Shown in pieces: positions 1 through 9,782 of a stretch of 64,000 bases of DNA. The translations under genes were made by a program, and so were the position numbers. Within the stretch, counting starts at the first letter, position 1. Each line of letters begins with the position of its first letter. The stretch comes from Trichormus sp. ATA11-4-KO1 (GTDB taxonomy: Bacteria; Cyanobacteriota; Cyanobacteriia; Cyanobacteriales; Nostocaceae). The stretch lies in NCBI GenBank assembly GCA_019358915.1, contig JAHHIM010000015.1:1-64000 (forward strand). Direction: 5' to 3'. The notes below the pieces were generated by a model, which saw only the letters and a program-made list of their open reading frames with translations, was not told where the DNA came from and did no database searches.

Positions 1-125
1 TGGCTACCTCGAACATCGAAGCAAAACACCCATTGGTATTCAAGTCCTGTGGCGCGGTTGGTTAAAATTGCATGACCTCTGTGAGGGCTGGAAGCTTGCT
101 AAACAGACTTAACGGGAAAAGTCAG
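1..125 (+). mobile_element. 3' end of IS4-family (IS50/Tn5-like) transposase plus right terminal sequence; element continues left of the window
   Basis: Frame 2..112 reads GYLEHRSKTPIGIQVLWRGWLKLHDLCEGWKLAKQT*, matching the Tn5-type C-terminal 'GY....K..PG...LWRGW..L' motif. It is followed by ACTTAACGGGAAAAGTCAG, a ...CAG terminus. Confidence 0.7.
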
Positions 126-216
126 GTGCTGTTGGAGTCAAGAGGCTTGTACTGAGCGTGGCCGAAGTGAAGAAGGATGAAGATCATTCGTCTTCCTTCT
201 TCCATCTGACTTGAAA

Positions 217-246
217 GTGCTGAGTGCTAAGTGCTGAGTGCTGAGT
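217..246. repeat. STRR-type heptamer tandem repeat (GTGCTGA)n
   Basis: gtgctga-gtgctaa-gtgctga-gtgctga. The same heptamer or its complement recurs near 7951, 15402-15437, 18361, 18608, 34617-34646, 36621 and 47304. Confidence 0.8.
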
Positions 247-302
247 AAAAATCCCAGTCCCCATTGCCCCTTATCCCCAGAGGGGGCACCGAGTTCCCCA
301 GT

Positions 303-351
303 CCCTAGTCCCTCTTTCATACTTGGCTGTGAAACTCGTTTCATTGGGACT
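303..351 (-). repeat. 49-bp dispersed repeat, second copy inverted at 21222-21270
   Basis: Reverse complement AGTCCCAATGAAACGAGTTTCACAGCCAAGTATGAAAGAGGGACTAGGG matches 21222-21270 at 47/49 positions. Confidence 0.85.
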
Positions 352-377
352 TCCCTCTGACTTAGTTGAAACCACAG

Positions 378-1424
378 CTAATTCCTCATCACTGCATCCA
401 ACAGCACACTGGCACCAAAGCGCACAGGATCGGTGCAAGTTAGTCCAGTTTCTGCTGTTGTTTGCGCGATCGCTTCTTGCGCGGCAAATTCATCTAGATG
501 AGCTGTGTTCAAAGCAATACCTACTACTGGCACACCTTTAAAGGCTCCACCTGCGCTGGCCACAGTCTCATACAGCCGAATCACTTTTGGTAATGGCGGA
601 ATCATGACATGGGGATGATTCCGCACATGCATTTGTCCTGCTCGATGCACTAGTATCAATTGAGTTGGTTGTGAACCACGAATTAGGGGGAGGGTTGCTG
701 TTGAACCAGGATGCAGCAGTGAACCTTGTCCTTCGACGTGGAGGATGTCGTAATTTTTGCCATAGCGCATTACCATCTGTTCCACAGCGCCAGCCGCAAA
801 GTCTACCCGTACTGCATCTAAGGGTACGCCGTCTCCTTCTAACATCACGCCAGTTTGACCTGTCGCTAAGAATTTAGAACGCCACCCCCGCAGTCGTGAT
901 GCCCAATGTAACTCTAGGCTGGTGGACATCTTGCCGATTGCCATATCAGTCCCCACTGTCAGCACCCGCCGACAAGGGAGGGTGCGTGCCAACCCATTAG
1001 CAACATCTAAATTAGCTGGTTCTTTCCGCACATCCCAAATTAATTGCCCTGGTTTGAGCAGTGTGCTTAACTCTGGCATGTTGGCTAATGGCGTGTGTAA
1101 ACCATTGACTAAGGACATCCCAGCTGCTAAAGCGTTTTTGATTTCTAGCCAGTAATCATCTGGTACAGCACCACCTTTGGGAGCAATGCCAATTACCAAA
1201 ACTTCGGGTTTATACTCTAGGGCTGCTGCTACTGATGCCACAATTGGGACATCACGCTTAATTCCTGTTAGTTCTGGCACGGATTTGCCAGCAGACTCGC
1301 GATCAATCAACGCGACAATGGGAGCTTCACTGTAGCGTAAAAGTGACAGCCCTGTTTTGCCCTGAGTCCCACTAATTCCTTCATGTAACAGAATTGCTAT
1401 TCTTTGATTAAGTGGCAGACGCAC
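378..1424 (-). CDS. DUF1611 family protein (DgcN-like, P-loop)
   Basis: GKTG..L, VGTDMAIGKM, ATGQTG and EGQGSLLHP motifs; overlaps and is co-oriented with the epimerase gene. Confidence 0.85.
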   Translation of the reverse strand: MRLPLNQRIAILLHEGISGTQGKTGLSLLRYSEAPIVALIDRESAGKSVPELTGIKRDVPIVASVAAALEYKPEVLVIGIAPKGGAVPDDYWLEIKNALAAGMSLVNGLHTPLANMPELSTLLKPGQLIWDVRKEPANLDVANGLARTLPCRRVLTVGTDMAIGKMSTSLELHWASRLRGWRSKFLATGQTGVMLEGDGVPLDAVRVDFAAGAVEQMVMRYGKNYDILHVEGQGSLLHPGSTATLPLIRGSQPTQLILVHRAGQMHVRNHPHVMIPPLPKVIRLYETVASAGGAFKGVPVVGIALNTAHLDEFAAQEAIAQTTAETGLTCTDPVRFGASVLLDAVMRN

Positions 1425-2460
1425 TATATTGCACCCCCAAGCCTGGTAAATCGTTTGGTAAAATTCTTCCTTCTTGCACTAATGCACCCTTAAAAGGATC
1501 ATCAATTAAGTTAAGGTGACTGTCTAAATCTAAATAATCCGCCAATGGTGCTAGCTGTGCTGCAGCTGTATTAGCTAACGAACTGTCAGAATAGCAACCG
1601 AACATGATTTGCAACCCATAAGCTCGCGCTGTATGTACCATCCGCATAGCCTCGGTTAATCCCCCTGATTTCATCAGCTTGATATTGATGCCATCCACGT
1701 AGTTTGCTAAATGGGGAATATCGGCATTGGTAAAGCAACTTTCATCAACAAAGATTGGCAGGGGCGATCGCTCCTTCAGTTTGAGTAAACTTTCCTCCTG
1801 CCCCCGTGGTAATGGTTGTTCTACATACTTTATACCTAAATCAGCCAACCAACTACACATCTTTACAGCATCTTCCCAGCTCCAACCCCCGTTTGCATCC
1901 ACGAATAATTTTAAATCAGGTGCTTCTTTTTGCACCGCTAATAACATTTGTTTGTCTGCATTTATGCCATCCGGATTCCCTAATTTCACCTTGAACAGGC
2001 GAACATCCATAAATTGTAACCAGTCCCGCGCCCTGGCTCTAGCTGCTGCTGGTGAATTAATCCCAATGGTGACTGAAGTCGGCACAATAGCGTGGCGATC
2101 AAGTCCCCAGATTTGCCACAAAGGTAATCCCACAAGCTTGCCTAGCCAGTCATACATTGCCATATCCAGGGCAGATCTGACGGATGAAGGAATCTGTTGT
2201 TTTGTGAAGATTTGCTCAATTTGCTGGCGCTGCAACGGGCTAAATGCTTGTAATAATGGTGCAAGTTGCTGCAAATGACTTTTAATGATCTCAGTTGATT
2301 GGGAATGAGTGCCTACACCAAATGGCGATGCTTCACCCCAGCCTTCAATACCATCATGTAAAATTCTTACCCATACATTCGTTGTTTGCGCTGTTGTACC
2401 ACGACTAATTGTCAAGGGAAATCGCTTGTTGACAGTAAATAAATTTACTTCTAATTGCAT
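1408..2460 (-). CDS. L-Ala-D/L-Glu dipeptide epimerase family (enolase superfamily, DgcA-like)
   Basis: FPLTISRG, KVKLG, DANGGW, EQP, DES, INIKLMKSGG and DLDSHL motifs; start chosen at MQLEV. Confidence 0.85.
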   Translation of the reverse strand: MQLEVNLFTVNKRFPLTISRGTTAQTTNVWVRILHDGIEGWGEASPFGVGTHSQSTEIIKSHLQQLAPLLQAFSPLQRQQIEQIFTKQQIPSSVRSALDMAMYDWLGKLVGLPLWQIWGLDRHAIVPTSVTIGINSPAAARARARDWLQFMDVRLFKVKLGNPDGINADKQMLLAVQKEAPDLKLFVDANGGWSWEDAVKMCSWLADLGIKYVEQPLPRGQEESLLKLKERSPLPIFVDESCFTNADIPHLANYVDGINIKLMKSGGLTEAMRMVHTARAYGLQIMFGCYSDSSLANTAAAQLAPLADYLDLDSHLNLIDDPFKGALVQEGRILPNDLPGLGVQYSASAT

Positions 2461-2587
2461 AAGTATGCTCAATTTTTGGTTAGAGCAAAAATAGTGTATG
2501 TGCAAATTTTAGATTATTTGAGGTATCTGTTATACTTTTTTACATTCATAAATTTATTGCCTAAATTTTTATCTCAATAATTTATCT

Positions 2588-3154
2588 ATGGACAACATAA
2601 AAAAATGGCATATATTAAAATCCCAAATGGTTTTAAATCATCGCTGGTGTCAAGTGCGGCAAGATAAAATAGAATTACCTAATGGTCAAATTATAGATGA
2701 TTTTTTCGTGATTATGAGACCAGAAATTGCTTTAATTTTACCAATTACCAATAATCAAGAAATTGTTTTTGTACGTCAATATAGGCATGGAGTTGGTGAA
2801 ATTCTGTTAGAACTTCCGGCTGGGAGTTTCGACGCAGCCAAGGAAGATGCTGAAACAGCAGCAGTCAGAGAACTACAAGAAGAAACTGGTTATATAGCCC
2901 AAAAAGTTACTAAATTAGCTACTTTATACGATAATCCGGTTAAGGATACTAACCAAATACATCTATTTTTGGCGGAGAATGTGAGAAATTCCGGGGTAAG
3001 AAAGCTAGATATTACAGAAGATATTGAAATTGTCTTAATTCCTGTAGAATCAGTTTTTGAGCAAATTACTCAAGGTAAAATTGCTGTAACAGGAAGTATT
3101 GCGGCTCTATTTTTAGGTTTAAATTTTCTCAAGCAATCCCAAAATCTTACTTAA
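2588..3154 (+). CDS. NUDIX hydrolase (ADP-ribose pyrophosphatase-like)
   Basis: RQYRHG..LELPAG and Nudix box AAVRELQEETGY. Confidence 0.9.
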   Translation: MDNIKKWHILKSQMVLNHRWCQVRQDKIELPNGQIIDDFFVIMRPEIALILPITNNQEIVFVRQYRHGVGEILLELPAGSFDAAKEDAETAAVRELQEETGYIAQKVTKLATLYDNPVKDTNQIHLFLAENVRNSGVRKLDITEDIEIVLIPVESVFEQITQGKIAVTGSIAALFLGLNFLKQSQNLT

Positions 3155-3424
3155 TTTATTGGCATAATCTGGGAAATATGAAAATTAATAATAGCAGTTA
3201 ATAGAATGCTTGCTGGGTCAAAAAATCCTTTTTATTCTTCAGTAAGTAGGTAGAGATAATTAATGTATTTTTTTGTTCGCAGCGATTTATCGCTTTCTTA
3301 CAAGGTTTTAAAGGGCTAGAGCCGCCTAACTACGAACTTCTATTGTGTAAGTCTTAGCTACTGACAAAAAAAAGCCTAGCAAGTTTCAAATACTCAAATC
3401 GCGATTTCATAGGAGTATCTATTT

Positions 3425-4087
3425 GTGCAGCCGGACTTAATAGGTTTGGAAATTAGCAAAGGTGAATTGAGACGTTTGACAGGATTCGATCCAGATGATG
3501 TTTTTCGACCTTCTATCTGGCAAGATAGCGAGAAGCGATTAGGACTTATTATTAATGAAATGCTGGTAGCACTGGCTTTAACTCCAATTGTTGTTGGCTT
3601 TGTTTATGCCTTGATTATTCTGCCGACAATTGGTTCTTCAATTACACTAGGAATTATTTTATTAATTTTAGTGCCAATTTCCGTAATAGTGGGGCGATCG
3701 CTATGGCAACGTTTGACCTGTCCTCACAGTCTGACAGTACTTTTAGATGAAGTGGATAAATATCATACTGTTGTTACAGCAATCGATATTAATGACCAAT
3801 TAGCAACATCTGGAAATCCTCAAAGTAGTATCAATGACCGAGAGCAAGTGATTGCTGCTCTCCAACTTATTAGAGAAGATTTAGTCCGATCTCTCAAAAG
3901 TGAACGAATTTTGCGGGATAATAAAAAGCTACTGGCAAATAACCAAGAGTTATTGATTAATAATTTAGCCAATCTGCAAGCTTTGCAAGTTAGTAATCAG
4001 AGCAGCGAATATGCTCAACTTCTCAATCAATCTTTGCAGATTGCTTTGGATGTGCAAGCAGAAATCCGAAAATTGCAGAAAATTTGA
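3425..4087 (+). CDS. Conserved cyanobacterial membrane protein, two TM helices plus coiled-coil C-terminus
   Basis: GTG start with AGGAG RBS upstream; two hydrophobic segments. Confidence 0.7.
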   Translation: MQPDLIGLEISKGELRRLTGFDPDDVFRPSIWQDSEKRLGLIINEMLVALALTPIVVGFVYALIILPTIGSSITLGIILLILVPISVIVGRSLWQRLTCPHSLTVLLDEVDKYHTVVTAIDINDQLATSGNPQSSINDREQVIAALQLIREDLVRSLKSERILRDNKKLLANNQELLINNLANLQALQVSNQSSEYAQLLNQSLQIALDVQAEIRKLQKI

Positions 4088-4253
4088 GTCAGATTTTCCT
4101 AGAAAATATTCGCCACCCGTTGACTTATGGGATTTCCCAGAAATAAATTATCCAAATAAACAAACCACAGAGACACGGAGGACGCAGAGAAATCAGGAAC
4201 AGAGAAGTTTATTGTATGAGGTTGTTGGCTGTTTTTTTTAATTGGAAGTCCCT

Positions 4254-5579
4254 ATGAATAACAAACCCAAAATTATTGTCCTAGATGATGACCCCACAGG
4301 ATCGCAAACAGTCCACAGCTGCTTGCTGCTAATGCACTGGGATGTGGACACTTTACGCACTGGGTTACAAGATGATTCCCCCATTTTCTTTGTATTAACA
4401 AATACTAGATCCTTACCTCCAGAGTTAGCAGCATCCGTGACTAGAGAAGTTTGCCAGAATTTAAAACTGGCGTTAGCGGCTGAAAATATGCGGGATTTTT
4501 TGATTGTTAGCCGTTCTGATTCTACATTACGGGGACATTACCCCATCGAAACTGATGCGATCGCCCAAGAATTAGGGCCATTTGATGCTCATTTTTTAGT
4601 ACCAGCGTTTTTTGAAGGTGGACGTATCACCCGCGATAGCGTGCATTACTTGATCATTGATGGTGTACCCACCCCAGTACATGAAACAGAGTTTGCCCGT
4701 GATTCTGTGTTCGGCTACCATCACAGTTATTTACCTAGGTACGTCGAAGAAAAAACTCAAGGGCGGATTCATGCGGAATCTGTCGCCAGGTTTATACTTA
4801 CTGATATCCGTGCGGGTAGCTTAGAGCGCTTATTGCAACTCAGTGGTAATCATTGCGCTGTTGTCGATGGTGAAACTCAAGCTGATCTCAACTTGTTTGC
4901 TGTAGATGTGCTAGAAGCAGCCAGTCAAGGAAAACGCTTTTTATTTCGCAGTGCTGCCAGTATTTTAACTGCTTTGGCTGCCTTACCTCCCCAACCCATT
5001 GCCGCAGAAAATATGGCTGAATACGTGCGCCAAGGTAAACCTGGTGCGGTAATTGTGGGTTCCCACGTGAAAAAAACGACTCAGCAGTTGCAAGCACTAT
5101 TGCAAGTTGAAGGAACGGCGGGGATGGAAGTGGATGTAGCGCGGTTACTAGATGATGAGGCAGACCAATTTGCTACACTACTAAACGAAATTCTCGAAAG
5201 TGCCAGGACAGCACATACAGATGGCAAAACACCAGTAATTTATACTAGCCGTCAGGAACTAACTTTTAAGGATGTCAAAACCAGGTTAGATTTTGGGGTC
5301 AAAGTTTCTAGTTTATTAATGGATATTGTGCGGGGTTTACCATCCGATATTGGGTTTTTAATCAGTAAAGGTGGGATTACCTCAAACGATGTCTTGAGTA
5401 CTGGTTTGGCTTTAAATTCAGCTCGGTTACTCGGTCAAATTTTAGCTGGTTGTTCGATGGTAATCACCACTTCGGATCATCCCCAGTTTCCCAATTTGCC
5501 AGTGGTGCTGTTTCCTGGTAATGTTGGCGATGCTGATGCCTTGGGGACAGTTTACAAAAGATTAACTAAAAATACATAA
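4254..5579 (+). CDS. Four-carbon acid sugar kinase family (DUF1537/YgbK)
   Basis: IIVLDDDPTG, SRSDSTLRGH, SKGGITS and FPGNVG motifs. Confidence 0.9.
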   Translation: MNNKPKIIVLDDDPTGSQTVHSCLLLMHWDVDTLRTGLQDDSPIFFVLTNTRSLPPELAASVTREVCQNLKLALAAENMRDFLIVSRSDSTLRGHYPIETDAIAQELGPFDAHFLVPAFFEGGRITRDSVHYLIIDGVPTPVHETEFARDSVFGYHHSYLPRYVEEKTQGRIHAESVARFILTDIRAGSLERLLQLSGNHCAVVDGETQADLNLFAVDVLEAASQGKRFLFRSAASILTALAALPPQPIAAENMAEYVRQGKPGAVIVGSHVKKTTQQLQALLQVEGTAGMEVDVARLLDDEADQFATLLNEILESARTAHTDGKTPVIYTSRQELTFKDVKTRLDFGVKVSSLLMDIVRGLPSDIGFLISKGGITSNDVLSTGLALNSARLLGQILAGCSMVITTSDHPQFPNLPVVLFPGNVGDADALGTVYKRLTKNT

Positions 5580-5653
5580 GTTAAAAATGTTGTTGCATTG
5601 TGCAACTAACTTAATATTGGTAATTACTCGGTGTGTCTTTTGGCTGGTGCTGC

Positions 5654-6733
5654 ATGACTTCTGATTCTCATATCTCCGATCTAGAGTCAAATTCTGCACT
5701 CCCTGATGCAGGGTCAATCTCTCACATTTCGGATTTAGAGGTAAATTCTCCCGTTTCTGATGATATGAAGCCAAATTTTGTTATTTCTGATGCTGATTCT
5801 CATGACATTATCCCGGATGCAGAATTAAATTCTGTTCTCCTCTATTTACAGTCAAATTCTTCCCCTGATGATCTAGAGTTAAATTCTCACTCTATTGAGC
5901 CAGATTCTGTTTCTGGTTTTGGTGATGTAGAATCTAGTTCTGTGATTTTAGATATTGACTCTGCTGAATTAGTCACAGTCGGGAATCAGGTAAATAACCA
6001 TATTCAAGTGCAGTTAAAAAGTGAAGGGGGAAAACTGTTAGTTATTTTGCCCACAGAAACTCAAATACCCGCTTCCGAACTCACATGGTCTGAAATTTGG
6101 CAACAATTGAAGATCCGGTTAAATGCCAGCGATCGCTTTCGCACATCAAATATCCCAGTGCATCTCATCGCCCAAGACCGCTTATTAGATGGTAGACAAC
6201 TACAAGAATTCGCCGAAGCCTTTAGTGAAGTCCAACTCCAACTAAAATCTGTAGCGACTAGTCGTCGGCAAACCGCGATCGCGGCTGTCACCTCTGGCTA
6301 TTCAGTTGAACAACTACAACCAGACACCTCCCTCAATTCACAGTTCAAAACTGCCACTCCCATCCCAGCAGATGCGCTTTATCTGGAAATGACAGTCCGC
6401 TCTGGAGTCGAAATTCGTCATCCCGGAACAGTAATTCTTTTAGGAGATTTAAATCCAGGTGGTAGTGTAGTTGCAGAAGGAGATATCCTAGTATGGGGTC
6501 GTCTACGTGGAATTGCCCATGCGGGTGCCGGGGGCAATCGTGAGTGTCTGATTATGGCCTTGCAAATGGAACCAACCCAGTTGCGGATCGCAGATGCTGT
6601 CGCTAGGGCACCAGAGAAATCACCGATGCAATTTTTTCCCGAAGTGGCACATATTACCTCCCAAGGAATTCGCATCGCCAGGGCTACTGATTTTTCCCGA
6701 AACCAATTAGCCAGGATTAATCAGGTACCATAA
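5654..6733 (+). CDS. minC: Septum site-determining protein MinC with long acidic N-terminal extension
   Basis: TVRSGVEI..GDLNPGG..AEGDILVWGRLRGIAHAGAGGN; first gene of minCDE. Confidence 0.93.
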   Translation: MTSDSHISDLESNSALPDAGSISHISDLEVNSPVSDDMKPNFVISDADSHDIIPDAELNSVLLYLQSNSSPDDLELNSHSIEPDSVSGFGDVESSSVILDIDSAELVTVGNQVNNHIQVQLKSEGGKLLVILPTETQIPASELTWSEIWQQLKIRLNASDRFRTSNIPVHLIAQDRLLDGRQLQEFAEAFSEVQLQLKSVATSRRQTAIAAVTSGYSVEQLQPDTSLNSQFKTATPIPADALYLEMTVRSGVEIRHPGTVILLGDLNPGGSVVAEGDILVWGRLRGIAHAGAGGNRECLIMALQMEPTQLRIADAVARAPEKSPMQFFPEVAHITSQGIRIARATDFSRNQLARINQVP

Positions 6734-6778
6734 GTATCTACTATAATTTCCTGAACCCTAATCGAGCGCAACTCTACC

Positions 6779-7585
6779 ATGACTCGCATTATTGTGATTA
6801 CCTCCGGTAAAGGAGGAGTGGGTAAAACCACTGTTTCGGCAAATTTAGGCATGACTTTAGCCAAAATAGGGCGTCAAGTTGCTTTGGTTGATGCAGATTT
6901 CGGTCTGAGAAATTTGGATTTGCTGCTAGGACTAGAAAACCGCATCGTCTACACTGCGGTGGAAGTTCTGGCTAGAGAATGCCGATTAGAACAGGCTTTG
7001 GTGAAAGATAAGCGACAACCCAACCTCGTACTTTTACCAGCAGCCCAAAATCGCTCGAAAGATGCCGTCACACCTGAACAAATGAAATTACTGGTGAATG
7101 CACTGGCACAAAAATATCAGTACGTGATTATCGATAGTCCGGCTGGTATCGAAAATGGCTTTAAAAATGCGATCGCCCCAGCCAAAGAAGCCCTAATTGT
7201 CACCACACCGGAAATTTCCGCAGTTCGTGATGCTGACCGCGTAGTTGGCTTACTAGAAGCACAAGGCATTAAGCGTGCCCATTTAATCATCAACCGCATC
7301 CGACCCGCAATGGTTCGGGCAAATGATATGATGTCTGTGCAAGATGTTCAGGAACTTTTGGCAATACCCCTAATCGGGGTAATCCCTGATGATGAGCGTG
7401 TTATTGTTTCTACCAATCGCGGCGAACCTTTAGTCTTAGGGGATACCCCCTCTTTAGCTGCCATAGCCTTTGAAAATATTGCCCGTAGATTGGAAGGGGA
7501 AAAAGTCGAATTTCTTGATCTCGACTCACCCCATGACAACATCTTCGCCCGCTTGCGAAGGTTGTTGTGGACAAAGATTGTTTAA
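6779..7585 (+). CDS. minD: Septum site-determining ATPase MinD
   Basis: [38 protein letters not shown]. Confidence 0.97.
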   Translation: MTRIIVITSGKGGVGKTTVSANLGMTLAKIGRQVALVDADFGLRNLDLLLGLENRIVYTAVEVLARECRLEQALVKDKRQPNLVLLPAAQNRSKDAVTPEQMKLLVNALAQKYQYVIIDSPAGIENGFKNAIAPAKEALIVTTPEISAVRDADRVVGLLEAQGIKRAHLIINRIRPAMVRANDMMSVQDVQELLAIPLIGVIPDDERVIVSTNRGEPLVLGDTPSLAAIAFENIARRLEGEKVEFLDLDSPHDNIFARLRRLLWTKIV

Positions 7586-7617
7586 CTTATGTTCCAGTCT
7601 CCACACACCTATTGGCA

Positions 7618-7926
7618 ATGATCCTTGAACTTATAGAACGGCTTTTTTTGCGTAGTCCTGATACCAGTCGCACTCAAGTGAAACGTCGCCTACAACTGGT
7701 GATTGCCCACGATCGCGCTGATTTAGACCCTCAACGATTGGAAAAAATGCGGCAAGAAATCCTCGAGATAGTCTGTCGCTATGTAGAAATTGATACGGAG
7801 GGCTTGGAATTTTCTTTAGAAAGCAACCAAAGAACCACCGCGTTGATTGCCAATTTACCTATCCGTCGGGTGAAAGAAGCTACGCCAGAATCACCTGAAT
7901 TGGAAAGCAGCGATCAATCGCAATAG
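7618..7926 (+). CDS. minE: Cell division topological specificity factor MinE
   Basis: [17 protein letters not shown]...[10 protein letters not shown]...LIANLPI. Confidence 0.95.
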   Translation: MILELIERLFLRSPDTSRTQVKRRLQLVIAHDRADLDPQRLEKMRQEILEIVCRYVEIDTEGLEFSLESNQRTTALIANLPIRRVKEATPESPELESSDQSQ

Positions 7927-8013
7927 TTGACATCATGGTATTTGATGAATTGCTGAGTGCTGAGTAAGAAGAAAAGGAAGAAAGTACTCAGCACTGAGTA
8001 TGGTAAAAATTTC

Positions 8014-8062
8014 AGTCCACTTTAGTGGACTTTAGCTATTAGCCAAGAAATTTATTTCTTGG
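8014..8062. repeat. REP-like double hairpin in intergenic repeat
   Basis: AGTCCACT-tt-AGTGGACT followed by CCAAGAAAT-tt-ATTTCTTGG. Confidence 0.5.
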
Positions 8063-8237
8063 TGGGATATGGGACAGGGACAAGATATCAGTTAAACAAT
8101 GCTCTTGTTAGCACTATTCATTCTAGACTAGTAAAAGTAAAAAAACTTCTTCATAAAATCTATCTATAGATATTTTATACAAATAGGCAATCGCCAATAA
8201 ACTGACAAGGTTGTATTCAGTTTTTATAGATATTTAT

Positions 8238-9548
8238 ATGGTAGATATTTACATTCTTGACCTACTGATTATTGGTCTACTGTTACTAGTAGTTACACTA
8301 GGGTCAGGTTGGATTAAGCGCTTACCACTTTCTTTCGCACTAATATATCTATTAATGGGTATATTTTTAGGTTCTGAAGGCTTAGAAATGATCCAACTGA
8401 GAGAAAATAATGTATTTAATGCCAAAGTACTCGAAAGATTAACGGAATTTGTCGTAATTATTTCTGTATTTAGCTGTGGCTTGAAAATTATTCATCCTCT
8501 ACGCTTGAGAGTGTGGAATATTACAGCACGACTGATTGGGTTATTAATGCCGATTTCTATCTTGGGATTGGCAATAGTCGGGAGATTATTTTTAGACATG
8601 AATTGGGGAGAAGCGATTTTATTAGGAGCAATTCTTGCACCCACTGACCCAGTATTAGCTTCAGAAGTACAACTAACAGATATTAACGATAGAGATGAGT
8701 TACGCTTTGGTTTAACCTCTGAAGGGGGGTTAAATGATGCTTTAGCTTTTCCTTTTGTTTATTTTGGTATTTACGCCATTAAAGATAATAATTGGCACAA
8801 CTGGTTTCAGGATTGGTTAATAGTTGATGTATTTTGGGCGATCGCATCTGGTATTGTGATGGGTTTTCTGGTAGCTAAACTAGTAGTTTGGGTTGACCAA
8901 AAAATTCAAAAAAAGCGTTTTGCTGATGCAGTCATGGAAGATTTCGTTGCTATTAGTGCAATTTTAATAACCTATTCTTTAACAGAAATTATCAATGGCT
9001 ATGGATTTTTGGCAGTATTTGTAGCTGGTGTGGTTGTCCAAGACAGCTACAGAGATCCTCACAAGCCCATGGCACAATTAGAATTTATTGAACGACTAGA
9101 AAGATTATTGGAAATAGGAATAATTTTATTATTGGGAACAATATTATTATGGCAACCAATGCTTAATTATGCCTTTCAATCTTTAATAGTCATAGTGTTA
9201 TTATTCTTAGTAATTCGACCTGTGGGAGTTTGGATTAGTACAATTGGTCAACGTCCCTTACGCTCCCAACGCCGCAGTTTTCATCCGGCAACCCGTTGGT
9301 TATTTGGCTGGTTTGGTATTCGTGGCGTAGGCTCTTTATATTATCTTGCCTATGCGTTTAGCCATGGCTTAAAAGGAGAGGTTGGTGAACAAATATCTTG
9401 GATAACTTACACCACTATTGTAGTTTCTGTAATTTTACACGGCATTTCTGCTACGCCCTTAATGAACTGGTATGAACATCAGGTGGCTACAAAAAAATCT
9501 TTTGCTCACACTACCATGAGCGAATTAGAAGATAATTCTCAAAATTAG
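8238..9548 (+). CDS. Cation:proton antiporter (CPA1/NhaP-like)
   Basis: LAPTDPVLA, SEGGLNDALAFPF, GWFGIRGVGS, SVILHG; many TM segments. Confidence 0.9.
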   Translation: MVDIYILDLLIIGLLLLVVTLGSGWIKRLPLSFALIYLLMGIFLGSEGLEMIQLRENNVFNAKVLERLTEFVVIISVFSCGLKIIHPLRLRVWNITARLIGLLMPISILGLAIVGRLFLDMNWGEAILLGAILAPTDPVLASEVQLTDINDRDELRFGLTSEGGLNDALAFPFVYFGIYAIKDNNWHNWFQDWLIVDVFWAIASGIVMGFLVAKLVVWVDQKIQKKRFADAVMEDFVAISAILITYSLTEIINGYGFLAVFVAGVVVQDSYRDPHKPMAQLEFIERLERLLEIGIILLLGTILLWQPMLNYAFQSLIVIVLLFLVIRPVGVWISTIGQRPLRSQRRSFHPATRWLFGWFGIRGVGSLYYLAYAFSHGLKGEVGEQISWITYTTIVVSVILHGISATPLMNWYEHQVATKKSFAHTTMSELEDNSQN

Positions 9549-9639
9549 ACTTTCCTGTTAAGTTAGGTATTAGCATGAGCGGGCTAAAATAGGGCAATAA
9601 CATTTTCATGCAGAAGAACTGCATGACAAAAAACTGCAT

Positions 9640-9714
9640 CAGGAACATCTTGATAAACCTGTCGAGCCAGAACATTTGTTGCGGACGATCGCTGGAGTAG
9701 TTAGGCACCGTTGA
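9640..9714 (+). pseudogene. Remnant C-terminus of a receiver domain from a hybrid histidine kinase
   Basis: Reads QEHLDKPVEPEHLLRTIAGVVRHR*; compare QRHVTKPVEPNELVKTIVTLL at the end of the adjacent kinase. Confidence 0.55.
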
Positions 9715-9782
9715 AACTGATAGATAATAGTATCATTACCGTTGTATTTCCAGCCTGCTACTCGCCCACTGACTCAAAGTCC

